Source: Bacteroidota bacterium (GTDB lineage: Bacteria > Bacteroidota > Bacteroidia > Bacteroidales > JAGONC01). Taken from it: a stretch of 64,000 bases of DNA. Below are positions 16,648 to 27,036 of the stretch, piece by piece. The notes beneath the pieces are model-generated. The model was not told where the DNA came from, did no database searches, and saw only the letters and a program-made list of their open reading frames with translations. The DNA lies in assembly GCA_022711405.1 (NCBI GenBank), contig JAKLFC010000009.1, positions 3,771 to 67,770 on the forward strand. Direction: 5' to 3'. The number at the start of each line of letters is the position of its first letter. Position 1 is the stretch's first letter. A program made the position numbers and the translations under genes.

Positions 16648-17682
16648 TCATTTTTTTGCTTCAGCCGGCTCTACATTCACAACTTCGTACATGTTTTTAC
16701 CATCCACTTTTATTGGCTGGTAATAGGTTTCACCCAGCTTCACGTAGGTCACATCTCCTATCTTGACCTCTTCCCCTCCTTCAGGCAGGTTCTCTACAAC
16801 CGTTCCGGCAGTTGGGGGGACAACCGTATAGCCGTCATCTGTTTTTTCATAATACGTTCCACCATAGTAATAGTTATTGGTGGTCTCATTCACCACCACG
16901 GTCTGGGATCCTTCCGGCAACACCTGAATAGTGGCTCCGGGAGGAGCCTCCACCACTGTATAGCCACCATCGCTTTGAATATAATAAACCCCTGAATCAT
17001 AGTAGTATTGTTGCTGTTCAACGCTGACCACAATGGCTGTCACCGCCAGTGCAGTAACAAAAAATCCCCATGGATGATAGACCGGCCCCCAGTAAAAGGG
17101 GTGATAAGGATGATATGCATAAGGGTGGAAACAGTTATAATGAAATCCGCCGTACGTATAGGGAGGCCGGGGATAGGGTGCAACCGGACGCCTCACGTAA
17201 TAATTGTCCCGGTCCACATTAATATTGATATCCCTGCTGTTGTCAATATTGATACTACCCACATTGGTCCTGTCGCCTGTTGAGACATTGGTTCTGTCAC
17301 CTGTCGAGACATTGGTTCTGTCGCCTGTTGAGACGTTGGTTCTGTCGCCTGTTGAGACATTGGTTCTGTCGCCTGTTGAGAAATTTGCCCTGTCAGCAGA
17401 GGAAACGTTTTTTCTGTCAGCTGTTGAAACAGATTCGTTATTCCGGGAAACAGAAGACTGATTACCGCCGTTGATGGACCGGTTTGAGGTACGATCGGAA
17501 GTACTGGCCGATGGGTTGCTGTAGCCGGATGAGGAGCGGCTGTATGAAGAAGAGGAAGGCCGGCTCGTTCCGCCACTACTACGTGAAAATCGTTGTGCCT
17601 CAAGGTTCAGGGGCCAAAGAAAAGCAATGGCCAGGAGGAGCAGTGCTATTGTAAAATGGAATAAGCGGATACATGTTCTCAT
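16648..17682 (-). CDS. Secreted low-complexity repeat protein with Tyr-rich C-terminal domain (DUF6515-like)
   Basis: 344 aa. After the signal peptide come a Ser-rich tract and 5 exact or near-exact GDRTNVST octapeptide repeats plus degenerate ones. Then come a Pro/Tyr/His-rich tract, one TM-like segment and YY..GGYTVV.PP.G repeats. Confidence 0.7.
   Translation of the reverse strand: MRTCIRLFHFTIALLLLAIAFLWPLNLEAQRFSRSSGGTSRPSSSSYSRSSSGYSNPSASTSDRTSNRSINGGNQSSVSRNNESVSTADRKNVSSADRANFSTGDRTNVSTGDRTNVSTGDRTNVSTGDRTNVSTGDRTNVGSINIDNSRDININVDRDNYYVRRPVAPYPRPPYTYGGFHYNCFHPYAYHPYHPFYWGPVYHPWGFFVTALAVTAIVVSVEQQQYYYDSGVYYIQSDGGYTVVEAPPGATIQVLPEGSQTVVVNETTNNYYYGGTYYEKTDDGYTVVPPTAGTVVENLPEGGEEVKIGDVTYVKLGETYYQPIKVDGKNMYEVVNVEPAEAKK
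17261..17428. repeat. In-frame 24-nt tandem repeat (5 near-perfect + 2 degenerate units)
   Basis: Units of ACATTGGTTCTGTCGCCTGTTGAG start at 17261, 17285, 17309, 17333 and 17357. Degenerate units start at 17381 and 17405. They encode the GDRTNVST repeats. Confidence 0.9.
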
Positions 17683-17706
17683 GGTATATATGTATTATGC
17701 AGGTTA

Positions 17707-18435
17707 TTATTTGAATCTGGGTAATATGGAGACCTTCCTGGCTGCAGGCGGAGGAGTGAATTCAAACACTGAGGCCGGGATTTCCGGATTAAGCTGCCAG
17801 TTGCTGAATGTGGCTTCATATTGCCTGTTTCCTTCCTTTTTATACAGAATGACGAATTTTTGAGGCAGGGTAAATGCATCGGCCGAAAACCACATCTGAA
17901 CACTGATGGCCGGATTGGAAGCGAGGATATGAAAGCATTCCTGGCCGAAGACTTTCTTTTTCCCAAGGAATATAACGGTGTCATAATTAGCCAGGATATC
18001 ATCCGTAAAGGTCGGGTAAAAGAAATCAGCAGCCGGGAACTCAATGCCATAATTCTTGTTGATGGTGTCGATCATAGCGATCAGGTCATCCGGTGCTTCG
18101 ATGGCGGCAAAGTTATTCTCGTCGAAGGAATAGATGATAGCCCGCCACCCGTTGTACCAGAAACCCCGGTGGCCTTTGTCTCCATGGGTATTGCTATACA
18201 TTTTATCCGGGCCGCCAAGATAAACTTCATCTGTCCAGGTCTGTTTGATCAGGCCGAAATCCGGATCTTTGACATCCATGGAGGTGTTCAGCGTAAAACT
18301 GCATGAAGTCAGTTCGCCGATGACGGAAGCCATCCGGTCGATGATCATGACCGCGACGGTATCAACCCGTGGTTCCTGTGCAAGGGTCGACAGTAAAAAG
18401 GTCAGCCCGATAAAGAATAAAAGAACTTTTTTCAT
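17707..18435 (-). CDS. LolA-like / DUF2092 periplasmic protein
   Basis: 242 aa with a signal peptide. Its size and pattern (GFWYNG...YSFDENNFA...YGIEFPAADFFYP) resemble DUF2092 lipoprotein-carrier-like proteins. Confidence 0.6.
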   Translation of the reverse strand: MKKVLLFFIGLTFLLSTLAQEPRVDTVAVMIIDRMASVIGELTSCSFTLNTSMDVKDPDFGLIKQTWTDEVYLGGPDKMYSNTHGDKGHRGFWYNGWRAIIYSFDENNFAAIEAPDDLIAMIDTINKNYGIEFPAADFFYPTFTDDILANYDTVIFLGKKKVFGQECFHILASNPAISVQMWFSADAFTLPQKFVILYKKEGNRQYEATFSNWQLNPEIPASVFEFTPPPAARKVSILPRFK

Positions 18436-18521
18436 AGAGAGAGGATCATTTTATGCCAAAATAAGTAAAAAATGATGACAATATTAGATGGACTAACTAA
18501 TGACTGTTTTGTACAATAGTT

Positions 18522-19022
18522 TTACTCGCCATATTCAGGAGGCACTATCTTATACCCCAACTGACGGAGTGCATCCGCTTCATTATAGAAGGTCAGGCTT
18601 TTTGCTATCTTACTATTCTCCAGGAGGTAATTGGTGTTGGCCCAAATAGTGACCGATCCGCCTTTTTTATACGAAATGCTCAGTTCTGCCCAGCAGGCGA
18701 CCCATTCCCCTTGATTGTCGCCTTCAGGGATCGTTACAGCGATGAATTTTGAGCGGTTATAATGGATGTTCTCGTAAAGGTTTGTGACATTTTCTTTCCA
18801 GTTGGCCACTGCATCCTTTTTCCCGATGGAATCCCCATAGGAAGGTCCTATACCGATATAATTATCAGACAGATAGGTTTCCATGGCATTGAAATCCATT
18901 TCTTCTACAGACTTAACATAGCTTTTGACAAGGTCAATGTTTTCTGTGTGTCGTTTTTCGGTAATTGACGTACATGCTGCCAGGCAAATGCTGGTCAGAG
19001 CAATGAGGATCAAATTTTTCAT
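18522..19022 (-). CDS. SnoaL/NTF2-like lipoprotein
   Basis: 166 aa with lipobox LAAC. It shows an NTF2-like pattern (VKSYVKSVEEMDFNAMETYLSDNY). Confidence 0.6.
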   Translation of the reverse strand: MKNLILIALTSICLAACTSITEKRHTENIDLVKSYVKSVEEMDFNAMETYLSDNYIGIGPSYGDSIGKKDAVANWKENVTNLYENIHYNRSKFIAVTIPEGDNQGEWVACWAELSISYKKGGSVTIWANTNYLLENSKIAKSLTFYNEADALRQLGYKIVPPEYGE

Positions 19023-19042
19023 AGGTATGGTTTTATGTTTTC

Positions 19043-19606
19043 TTATTTGACAGTGTATCCTTTTCCCTCGATGCAGACTGTAAAAGCCTTTGCAAAACTG
19101 TTTTTCATTTCCTGTTCAGCAGCAGCAGCACTGGCCTGTGCCTGCTGGTTCTGTTGAGCCTGAGCCTGTTTCCCCTGGCGCCTGCCGGAAAGTCCGCCGA
19201 CAATGGCACCAACAGCTGCCCCGTCACCGGCATCCCCTGTGATCGCGCCAATGGCTGCACCGGCCGCAGCACCCTTGGCAGCACCAACGACAGCCCCCCC
19301 GGTAGGTCCCGTTTTCTCGGGCGCTGCTTCCACCTTGGGAGGATTTAAGGGATCAATCCCGGATTGTTCCATTGCCCATTTATAACATTCAAATTCATCT
19401 TCCTTCTGTTGTTGTTTGCTTTGCCCCTTCGACGGGTATACATACAATTTCAGTCCCTGGGAGATCTGGTTATAGGTCATTTTTGACGTGTCGGGCAATG
19501 TGGGCGGTGGCGTTGGTTGCTGGGCATGAAGAGTATGCGAAAAAGCAACGGCAAGAGCCGTAAGTAAAATCCCGGTAAACGCTTTGATCAGATGTTCTGT
19601 TTTCAT
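19043..19606 (-). CDS. Glycine-zipper (YMGG-like) secreted protein
   Basis: Start chosen at MKTEHLIKAF (signal peptide). The Gly-zipper tract is GGAVVGAAKGAAAGAAIGAITGDAGDGAAVGAIVGGLSG. Confidence 0.6.
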   Translation of the reverse strand: MKTEHLIKAFTGILLTALAVAFSHTLHAQQPTPPPTLPDTSKMTYNQISQGLKLYVYPSKGQSKQQQKEDEFECYKWAMEQSGIDPLNPPKVEAAPEKTGPTGGAVVGAAKGAAAGAAIGAITGDAGDGAAVGAIVGGLSGRRQGKQAQAQQNQQAQASAAAAEQEMKNSFAKAFTVCIEGKGYTVK

Positions 19607-19651
19607 TATACTTATTTTTTGAATTATGTTAAATAGAATGTTTACCATCCC

Positions 19652-22432
19652 TCAGGATTTCTTGTTTCGGGTGTTGTCGGAATAATGACCGAAGGCGGCC
19701 TTCTTGCCGCCTTCCAGGCCTTGCCTGGAATCCAGGAAACCAAAAAGCTGGATAAGCTTTGCAATGACTCCGGTCCAGCCTGTCTGGTGGCTCGCACCAA
19801 GCCCGGCACCATTGTCACCATGGAAGTACTCGTAAAAAAGGATATGATCGCGCCAGTGCAGATCCGTCTGGAACTTCTCGGAGCCGCCATATACAGGTCG
19901 CCTTCCCTTCTCATCGCGGGTGAATATACGGGAGAGCCGGTCCGAGATCTCCCTGCTTATCTCGAAGAGGTTCATCAGATTACCGGAACCTGTAGGGCAT
20001 TCGATCCTGAAATTTTCACCGTAGTAAAGGTAGAAGTTCAGCAGTGCCCGGATGATGAGTGCATTCACAGGCATCCAGACCGGTCCCCGCCAGTTGGAGT
20101 TACCACCAAACATACCGGTGTTGGACTCTGCCGGCAGGTAATCCACACGGAACTCCTGGCCACCTGCATGAAGTACATAGGGGTGCTGCTCATGGAATTT
20201 GGATATGGATCGGATTCCGTAGGGACTGAAGAACTCGTTCTCATCAAGCATCCGCGTCAGGATCCGTCGAAGCCGCTCCGGGTTGACCAATGCAACGATC
20301 CCTCTTTCAGCCACTCCTAAATGACCTGGACCTGTAGGATGCATAGATTCCATGAGTTCGGGCATCCGGCGATGGCGTTCATAGATCTGTACCATCGCTC
20401 GAGGAATCCTTTCCCTCTGCCATTTTTCGATTACCGTGGTCGCACACAGCGGCAGAAGCCCCACCATGGAGCGCACCCTGAGCCGTGTGGCGCTCCCATC
20501 GGGAAGCTGCAGCAGGTCGTAATAAAACCCGTCCTCTTCGTCCCACATACCATCCTGTCCGGGACGGTTCATAGCCGCAGCGATATAATAGAAATGCTCG
20601 GCAAACTTTAAGACCATGTCCTCGTACGTGAGGTCGTAAGCAGCAAGCTCCACCGCGAGTTCCATCATGTTCTGGCTGAAGAGGGCCATCCATGCCGTAC
20701 CGTCAGCCTGCTCCAGGTGACCCCCCGTAGGCAATGGGGCACTGCGGTCGAAGACGCCAATGTTGTCGAGACCGAGGAACCCACCTTCGAAGACATTCTT
20801 ACCGAACCGGTCCTTACGGTTTACCCACCAGGTGAAATTCAGCAACAGTTTATTAAATGCTGCCATGAGGAATTTGACATCCATTTCGCCTTTCAGGGCC
20901 TGCTCGGTCCGAAGCAGGAACAATGTCGCCCAGGCATGGACGGGGGGATTCACATCACTGAAGTTCCATTCATAAGCAGGCATCTGGCCGCTGGGATGGA
21001 GGTAAAGCCCGCGAAGCATCAGTTTCAGCTGTTCTTTGGCAAAATCGGGATCAACAATGGAAAAGGGGAGGGCGTGGAAAGCCAGGTCCCAGGCCGCGTA
21101 CCATGGGTACTCCCACTTATCGGGCATGGAAATCACATCTTCGTTCAGCATATGGAACCACTGCGAGTTCCGGGAAGTTTGGTAACCATGATGAAGGGGA
21201 TTTGAGTTGTGCTCGTCCAGCCAATTGTCTCCGTCGAAGAAGTAGAACTGTTTGCTCCAGAGCATACCGGCAATCGCCTGGCGCATAACATGAGCCGTAT
21301 CTTCACTCACAGAGGGTGGCGTGACCGACCTGAAAAATTCATCCGCTTCACTAAGCCTGTCAGCGAAAATTTCATCAAATTGATTTCCAAAGGGATCGTT
21401 TTTCGGATCCAGAGCACTCTCAGTAAGTCTCAGGCGGATCACTGCGGACTGACCGGCGCCAATCGTTGTCTGGTAGTGCGCTGCGACCTTTGTGCCCTGT
21501 TTTTCAGGATTCACTGTATCCTGATTACCCTGTACCACAAAGTCATTGATGCCATCCTTGACAAAGGGGCTTTCGTTCTGTTGTCCGGGGAAAAGCCGCT
21601 CATGGTTTGTTTCGTTCTCTGTGAAGAGGAGGGGTATTATTCCTTCACACGAAAAAATGAATTGACCCAGTTGCGGATGATCCACAATGATCTGGGTCGT
21701 GCCTGCCTTCGCCATGATCTGCCTGAGGTTCGGTTTCACGGCAGCCCTACTGGATGCCGTAATCCATGACGACCAGTCGTTCCGGAACCAGAGTGTGGGG
21801 AGCAGATGCAGTTTGGCTGCCTCCGGTCCCCTGTTGACAGCGGTGATCTTTACCAGGATGTCTTCCGGCTCGGCCTTGGCATACTCGATGAAAACGTCAA
21901 AATACCGGTCCTCATTGAAAACGCCCGTATCCAGCAACTCGTACTCAAACTCGTTCCGGGAACGGCGGCGGTTAGTCTCCACCAGATCGGCATAAGGATA
22001 AGCCACCTGCGTGTACTTGTAGAGGTATTTCATGTAAGAGTGGGTTGGGGTACTATCGAGGTAGAAATAGTATTCCTTCACATCCTCACCGTGATTACCC
22101 TCACTGTTGGTCAATCCAAAGAGTCGTTCCTTTAGAATAGGATCCTTGCCATTCCAGAGAGCCAGTCCAAAGCAGAGGTGCTGCCTGTCATCGGAAATGC
22201 CGGCGATGCCGTCCTCGCCCCAGCGGTAGGCACGAGAGCGGGCGTGGTCATGGGTAAAAAAATTCCACGCATCACCGTTTTCACTGTAGTCTTCGCGTAC
22301 CGTTCCCCATTGGCGTTCACTTAAGTACGGCCCCCACTTTTTCCAGAGTGCCCTTTTTTCCTGATCCTCCTTAAGCCTTTTTCTTTCGGCCCCGGAATCA
22401 GGGTGCCGGTAAACGTCACTTTTCTCTTTCAT
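19652..22432 (-). CDS. GH63-like (MGH1-type) glucosidase, (alpha/alpha)6 barrel
   Basis: Start chosen at [10 protein letters not shown] (22432). The longer ORF would overlap the upstream gene. Motifs typical of this family are [29 protein letters not shown] and [10 protein letters not shown]. Confidence 0.75.
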   Translation of the reverse strand: MKEKSDVYRHPDSGAERKRLKEDQEKRALWKKWGPYLSERQWGTVREDYSENGDAWNFFTHDHARSRAYRWGEDGIAGISDDRQHLCFGLALWNGKDPILKERLFGLTNSEGNHGEDVKEYYFYLDSTPTHSYMKYLYKYTQVAYPYADLVETNRRRSRNEFEYELLDTGVFNEDRYFDVFIEYAKAEPEDILVKITAVNRGPEAAKLHLLPTLWFRNDWSSWITASSRAAVKPNLRQIMAKAGTTQIIVDHPQLGQFIFSCEGIIPLLFTENETNHERLFPGQQNESPFVKDGINDFVVQGNQDTVNPEKQGTKVAAHYQTTIGAGQSAVIRLRLTESALDPKNDPFGNQFDEIFADRLSEADEFFRSVTPPSVSEDTAHVMRQAIAGMLWSKQFYFFDGDNWLDEHNSNPLHHGYQTSRNSQWFHMLNEDVISMPDKWEYPWYAAWDLAFHALPFSIVDPDFAKEQLKLMLRGLYLHPSGQMPAYEWNFSDVNPPVHAWATLFLLRTEQALKGEMDVKFLMAAFNKLLLNFTWWVNRKDRFGKNVFEGGFLGLDNIGVFDRSAPLPTGGHLEQADGTAWMALFSQNMMELAVELAAYDLTYEDMVLKFAEHFYYIAAAMNRPGQDGMWDEEDGFYYDLLQLPDGSATRLRVRSMVGLLPLCATTVIEKWQRERIPRAMVQIYERHRRMPELMESMHPTGPGHLGVAERGIVALVNPERLRRILTRMLDENEFFSPYGIRSISKFHEQHPYVLHAGGQEFRVDYLPAESNTGMFGGNSNWRGPVWMPVNALIIRALLNFYLYYGENFRIECPTGSGNLMNLFEISREISDRLSRIFTRDEKGRRPVYGGSEKFQTDLHWRDHILFYEYFHGDNGAGLGASHQTGWTGVIAKLIQLFGFLDSRQGLEGGKKAAFGHYSDNTRNKKS

Positions 22433-22488
22433 GGATGGACTAACTGAATGATCAGATTCCCATATATAAAAAACACATATTAAGTTTC

Positions 22489-23265
22489 TCAGAAACAATA
22501 GCGGACTCCGACTTCTCCATCCCAATCATAGCGTGCAATGAAATCACCAAATACTCCAACCCCTGCCTGTGCCCATATATTGAAACGGCGAACCGGTGCA
22601 TAGGCCATCCGCGCTTCAAGATTCATCGACACGCCACCATGCACATAATCGAGGTACCACTCAGGAGCCAGAACGGTCCAGGTTTTCGTCGTCCAGACCT
22701 TGATCAGGATTGCCTGTAGTTTTGAAAAACTGACCGTTTCCCTCTCTTCGTCTCCGCTGAACGAATTGGTTTGCTGAAACGCCATTGAAAGAATCATTTT
22801 TTGTTTTTTCAGTGCCGCTGAATAACTAATAAGCGGGATGATCATATTCTTACCTGTACCTCGAAGCGGAGATTGTGCCGTATTCAGGCTGATTTCAATG
22901 GATGCCGTCAGGGCGGACGTTCTCGACTGAAAAAACTTGTAGCCCAGCAGACGAAATGAGATATCTCCGAGTCCAAATTGAGCATAATCCGGGGATGATA
23001 TAGAATTATATACAAAAGGCACGTCCAGCCGGGTGGTAAGTTTCTTCCCGATTTTCAGAACAGTCCTGAGAACTGTCTGGTTAAAGTTCACATTATCTGG
23101 TAAATGCTGGAATTCATTGAAAAGCTCTACACGTGAAAAGAACTGTGAGGGATCGTCGGCATTTGTTCTTTCATTCTGACTTACGTTCAGGGTATCTGGC
23201 TCAACCTGGCCATACAAGGGAATGATCTGATACAACAAAAAAAAGAGGCATAATAGTTTTGTCAT
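22489..23265 (-). CDS. Outer-membrane beta-barrel protein of unknown function
   Basis: 258 aa with a signal peptide and an alternating strand pattern. A GLGDISFRL motif recalls MetA-pathway-type transporters. Confidence 0.5.
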   Translation of the reverse strand: MTKLLCLFFLLYQIIPLYGQVEPDTLNVSQNERTNADDPSQFFSRVELFNEFQHLPDNVNFNQTVLRTVLKIGKKLTTRLDVPFVYNSISSPDYAQFGLGDISFRLLGYKFFQSRTSALTASIEISLNTAQSPLRGTGKNMIIPLISYSAALKKQKMILSMAFQQTNSFSGDEERETVSFSKLQAILIKVWTTKTWTVLAPEWYLDYVHGGVSMNLEARMAYAPVRRFNIWAQAGVGVFGDFIARYDWDGEVGVRYCF

Positions 23266-23300
23266 CTCAGCAGAACTTGATCATGAACCTTGCAACCGTA

Positions 23301-24050
23301 TCATTTATTTTCTTCCGCACGTTTTGCTTCCGCCTTGCCCTTTCCGATGGGAATCGAAACACAGATATAAAGCGATGTATTGTGCTGGGCTGGCCCGGAA
23401 TTATCCTTCACAATATCCAAAAATCCATAATAATACCGTAACCCCAGTGTCATCCCAGTCCCTTTCTTCAGTTTATAGCCAAGGCCGCCGACAGCACCGA
23501 CATCAATATATTTGTATTTATTTTCATCATTTTCTTTGAAGATGTTGTATTTAAACTTCAGATCCTTCTTATCATAGATCTTCTCCTCAAACCGGTCGGT
23601 GGCTTTATATAACAAGCCCAACTGGATTCCCCCTTCCACATGAAAATAATCATAGAAGCGGTACCGTACCAGTGCCGGAACATTCCAGTACTGCAATTTC
23701 CGGTAGACATCCGAATCGATCAACAGACTATCCAGATATTCATTTCCGACCGAATATGGAGCGATCCCTCTGGCACCCATGGTTGATTTTACAATGACTC
23801 CGGTGTGGATGAACAGTTTGGGCCGAAGCTTGAAATCGAAATAAAAACCCAGGTGAAAGTCCGGAAGATATTTTGTATCCTCCAGGTTTGAGATCCTGGT
23901 CAGGTTGGCTCCTCCGTCGAGACCGAATTCAAGCTTATCCGAGTTCAGTTTATCGCCGAGAAGAAGCGAAATAAGTACCTGGGACCGGGTGTAGGGTGCA
24001 CAGATCAGGCAAAAGAAAACCAGGATCAGGGCATACTTAAGATTTTTCAT
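23301..24050 (-). CDS. Porin-family outer-membrane beta-barrel protein
   Basis: 249 aa with a signal peptide and a PorT/OMP_b-brl_2-like strand pattern (GLRYYYGFLDI). Confidence 0.65.
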   Translation of the reverse strand: MKNLKYALILVFFCLICAPYTRSQVLISLLLGDKLNSDKLEFGLDGGANLTRISNLEDTKYLPDFHLGFYFDFKLRPKLFIHTGVIVKSTMGARGIAPYSVGNEYLDSLLIDSDVYRKLQYWNVPALVRYRFYDYFHVEGGIQLGLLYKATDRFEEKIYDKKDLKFKYNIFKENDENKYKYIDVGAVGGLGYKLKKGTGMTLGLRYYYGFLDIVKDNSGPAQHNTSLYICVSIPIGKGKAEAKRAEENK

Positions 24051-24201
24051 AGTTGGAAGTCGTTGATTGGTTTATTTGACGGGTGGTTGTGATCTCACAG
24101 TAATTGATTAAGCAAAGCTACTTCCAAATCGGTCTATTGAAAATACTTATAATTGGGTATTTTTTAATTCACTACCTTATCGGCCTCAAAATATTCAAGC
24201 C

Positions 24202-25323
24202 ATGCAAAAAAATCAGCTTCCCAGAATCCACATTGCTGCTTTCCCGGGAAAATACATCCAGGGTGAGGATGCCATCCACAGGTTGCCGGAATACATCAAA
24301 TTATTGGGCAATAAAGGATTGATCATTGCCTCACCGACGCCAGTCAATAGAATAATCCCAACCTATCATCTTGCAGAAAATTCTGATCGGATCTCGGTTG
24401 AGGAGTTCCGTGGCGAATGCTGCGAAAAGGAATTGAACCGCCTGTCAGCGATCATTCACAGCAGAAAAGCAGATGTGATCGTCGGTATGGGAGGAGGCAA
24501 GACGATCGATACGGCCAAGATCGTGGCCGACAGGGTGAGGATCCCGGTCATTGTCGTTCCGACCATCGCTTCCACCGATGCTCCCTGCAGCGGATGTGCT
24601 GTTGTCTATTCTGACCAGGGAGTCTTTGAATCGGTTTATTACCTGAAGATGAATCCTCAGGTGGTTCTTGTGGATACCGGGGTGATCGCCGCTGCTCCGG
24701 TGCGTTTTCTGGTTGCCGGTATGGGGGATGCGCTGTCGACATGGTTCGAAGCCAGGTCGTGCGAACGTTCCCAATCCCCGAACGAATGCGGGGGATACAG
24801 TACCATGACAGGACTGAGCCTCGCCAGGCTTTGTTATGATACACTGCTGCATTACGGCCATGCCGCTCAACTGGACTGCAAAAAAGGGATCGTTACGCCG
24901 GCCCTGGACCGTATCATAGAAGCCAATACCCTGTTGAGCGGCATTGGTTTCGAAAGCTCGGGGCTGGCCACAGCTCATGCCGTTCACAACGGACTCAGCG
25001 TCCTGGCTGAAACCCATAGGTTCTATCATGGAGAGAAAGTAGCCTTCGGTGTGCTGACAGGCCTTCATCTTACTCATGCATCACCCGAAGAGACGAATAC
25101 TGTTTATTCATTCTGTGAACAAATAGGATTGCCGACCACCTTTTCCGACCTTGGCATCACTGACGTAGGCAATAACAACCTGATGCCAGTGGCGCTGAAG
25201 GCGTGTGCTCCGACTGAGGCCATACATCACGAGGCTGTTCCGGTCACTCCCGAAAAAGTCCTTGAGGCCATGATGGCGGCTGACGCGATGGGAGGAAGTA
25301 GAAAGCATTTGCATTCAACATGA
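24202..25323 (+). CDS. gldA: Glycerol dehydrogenase (iron-containing ADH family)
   Basis: 373 aa. The GGGKTIDTAK nucleotide-binding signature and conserved His residues (HAVHNG, HGEKVAFG) are present. Confidence 0.85.
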   Translation: MQKNQLPRIHIAAFPGKYIQGEDAIHRLPEYIKLLGNKGLIIASPTPVNRIIPTYHLAENSDRISVEEFRGECCEKELNRLSAIIHSRKADVIVGMGGGKTIDTAKIVADRVRIPVIVVPTIASTDAPCSGCAVVYSDQGVFESVYYLKMNPQVVLVDTGVIAAAPVRFLVAGMGDALSTWFEARSCERSQSPNECGGYSTMTGLSLARLCYDTLLHYGHAAQLDCKKGIVTPALDRIIEANTLLSGIGFESSGLATAHAVHNGLSVLAETHRFYHGEKVAFGVLTGLHLTHASPEETNTVYSFCEQIGLPTTFSDLGITDVGNNNLMPVALKACAPTEAIHHEAVPVTPEKVLEAMMAADAMGGSRKHLHST

Positions 25324-25380
25324 ATAGCTTCACAGGGAGCTCAGAAATGATAAACAAACATCCGGTTGCTGGGCTGCGGC

Positions 25381-26688
25381 CTATCCTTCCGAATACCACT
25401 TTATCTGCCGCGAAGCACGCATGATCATGGCCAGAATGACAAACAGTCCGATGCTACCGGCAAGCAGCGCATAATCCTGCAACTGCAAAATGGTAAACAG
25501 GAAAGCATACAGGCCTATCTGTAATAGCGCCACCCAGGCCACCATCCGCAGATTTCCCAGTATATCGGAGGCATACCATGAAATCAGCAATGTAACGGCC
25601 ACGGCTGAAATCAGATAAGCCAGGTTGAACCCGATCTGTTCCCCAATGGAAATGAGCAGCACATAAAAGATCAGCAGGGCAAGGGCTACCAGCGAATACT
25701 GGAACGGATGAATCCTTGCTTTGCGTTTGATCTCGATGAAGATGAATACGATAAAGTTGAGTGCAATGAACAGGATGGCATATTTGACCGACCGCATTGA
25801 TTTCTGGTAATGATCCACCGGAATGAGCAGTTCAACACCCAGCTTGGCCTCGTCAGTGCTGTACTTATGGTCGATCCATTGCTGGGGGAAGTTGCGGTTC
25901 AGGTGGGTCACCAGCCAGTCAGCCGTAAATCCTTTGGCCGTGACCTGGCGATGTACAGGAAGAAATCCTCCGGTAAAACCCGGATTTGCCCAGTCAGATG
26001 CCAGGGTAACCTCAGATGTCTTCCCCAGTGGCTCCACCAGAAGATTCTCCGATCCGTTCAACACAAGTTCCAGTTCAAAATCCATGGCCTGGCTCAGATC
26101 GACAGAACCGGCTTTGACAGTGATCCCCGACTGGAACAGGTCATTATCTGCCACACCTGGTTCAACACTGCATTTCTGTCCATTAACGACCAGTTCCGGT
26201 AAATTTTTAATGCCGCGCATTTCTGATATTCCGATGGTGAAATACGCTGAATTCCAGTCGAAAATGGCATTTGAAAGACCCAGCTGCCCGGCATCCGGCT
26301 GTTCAAATGAGCCAGCCAGCCTGAGCTTTGCTTCGTAGACTACTACTGAGTAGATCCCGCGCTTCCTTGTCTCAGGGTACAATGTGCCATTCATTTTTAA
26401 TGTTTCGGGCAGAAAATGAGCAATTCCATGCTGTTCACCGGTTGCGGGATGATCCTCATCCGTTTCTGTGACTGAAAACGGCACATTCAGTACCGGACCG
26501 GCAACAACCTGTCGTTCACCCCATTGGGAGTAAAGCTCAGTCTTCACTTTTTCACTCAGGTCCATCCTTCCGCGAATGACATCCTGTATCAGAAATGTAG
26601 GTACCAGCAGCAAAATAGCTAAAATTGCAACGATGATCATCTTGACGCTGTAACTGTTCATGAACTGTTGAATGCTTTTTGTTTCCAT
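25381..26688 (-). CDS. creD: Cell-envelope integrity inner-membrane protein CreD
   Basis: Start chosen at METKSIQQF. An N-terminal TM segment is followed by a large periplasmic domain (WGERQVVAGPVLNVPF) and then 5 C-terminal TM helices. This is the typical CreD layout. Confidence 0.75.
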   Translation of the reverse strand: METKSIQQFMNSYSVKMIIVAILAILLLVPTFLIQDVIRGRMDLSEKVKTELYSQWGERQVVAGPVLNVPFSVTETDEDHPATGEQHGIAHFLPETLKMNGTLYPETRKRGIYSVVVYEAKLRLAGSFEQPDAGQLGLSNAIFDWNSAYFTIGISEMRGIKNLPELVVNGQKCSVEPGVADNDLFQSGITVKAGSVDLSQAMDFELELVLNGSENLLVEPLGKTSEVTLASDWANPGFTGGFLPVHRQVTAKGFTADWLVTHLNRNFPQQWIDHKYSTDEAKLGVELLIPVDHYQKSMRSVKYAILFIALNFIVFIFIEIKRKARIHPFQYSLVALALLIFYVLLISIGEQIGFNLAYLISAVAVTLLISWYASDILGNLRMVAWVALLQIGLYAFLFTILQLQDYALLAGSIGLFVILAMIMRASRQIKWYSEG

Positions 26689-26707
26689 TGTTATTAGTTT
26701 TAAAAGT

Positions 26708-26724
26708 ACTTTGTAATACAAAGT
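26708..26724. promoter_or_regulatory. Perfect 17-nt palindrome ACTTTGTA-A-TACAAAGT upstream of creD
   Basis: It lies between the regulator stop (26740) and the creD ATG (26688). The 15-mer TTTAAAAGTACTTTG is shared with 27678..27692. Confidence 0.5.
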
Positions 26725-26739
26725 TTATAGTGAAAAAAA

Positions 26740-27036
26740 TTATTGATTGCTTAACAGATCCTCAAGCGCAGCCAGATGCTTGCGAAACAAATCCTTTCCA
26801 TAGCCTGTGGCTTGATAGGTTGTACTTGGCTTCCGTCCGATAAATTGTTTTGATACCTGAATAATATCCTGTTGTTCCAGCGCTTTCAGATGGCTGGCCA
26901 GGTTCCCGTCAGTCAGCTCGAGCAGTTCCCTGAGGACATTGAACGAAAGGGAGTCATTTACCATGAGGGCCGACATGATTCCCAGCCTGATGCGGTTCTC
27001 AAATACTTTCTGAAGGTTCGAAATCGGATTTTTCAT
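26740..27036 (-). CDS. Small winged-helix transcriptional regulator (ArsR/MarR-like, HTH_34-type)
   Basis: 98 aa. The region RIRLGIMSALMVNDSLSFNVLRELLELTDGNLASHLKALEQQDII is a wHTH. Its start overlaps the stop of the upstream membrane protein gene (ATGA). Confidence 0.75.
   Translation of the reverse strand: MKNPISNLQKVFENRIRLGIMSALMVNDSLSFNVLRELLELTDGNLASHLKALEQQDIIQVSKQFIGRKPSTTYQATGYGKDLFRKHLAALEDLLSNQ

Noticed and set aside
17261-17428. Possibility that the 24-nt tandem repeat is a CRISPR array or a non-coding satellite.
   Set aside because: The units are contiguous with no spacers. They are in frame inside a long ORF with an export signal, and they encode a regular octapeptide. No cas genes are present.
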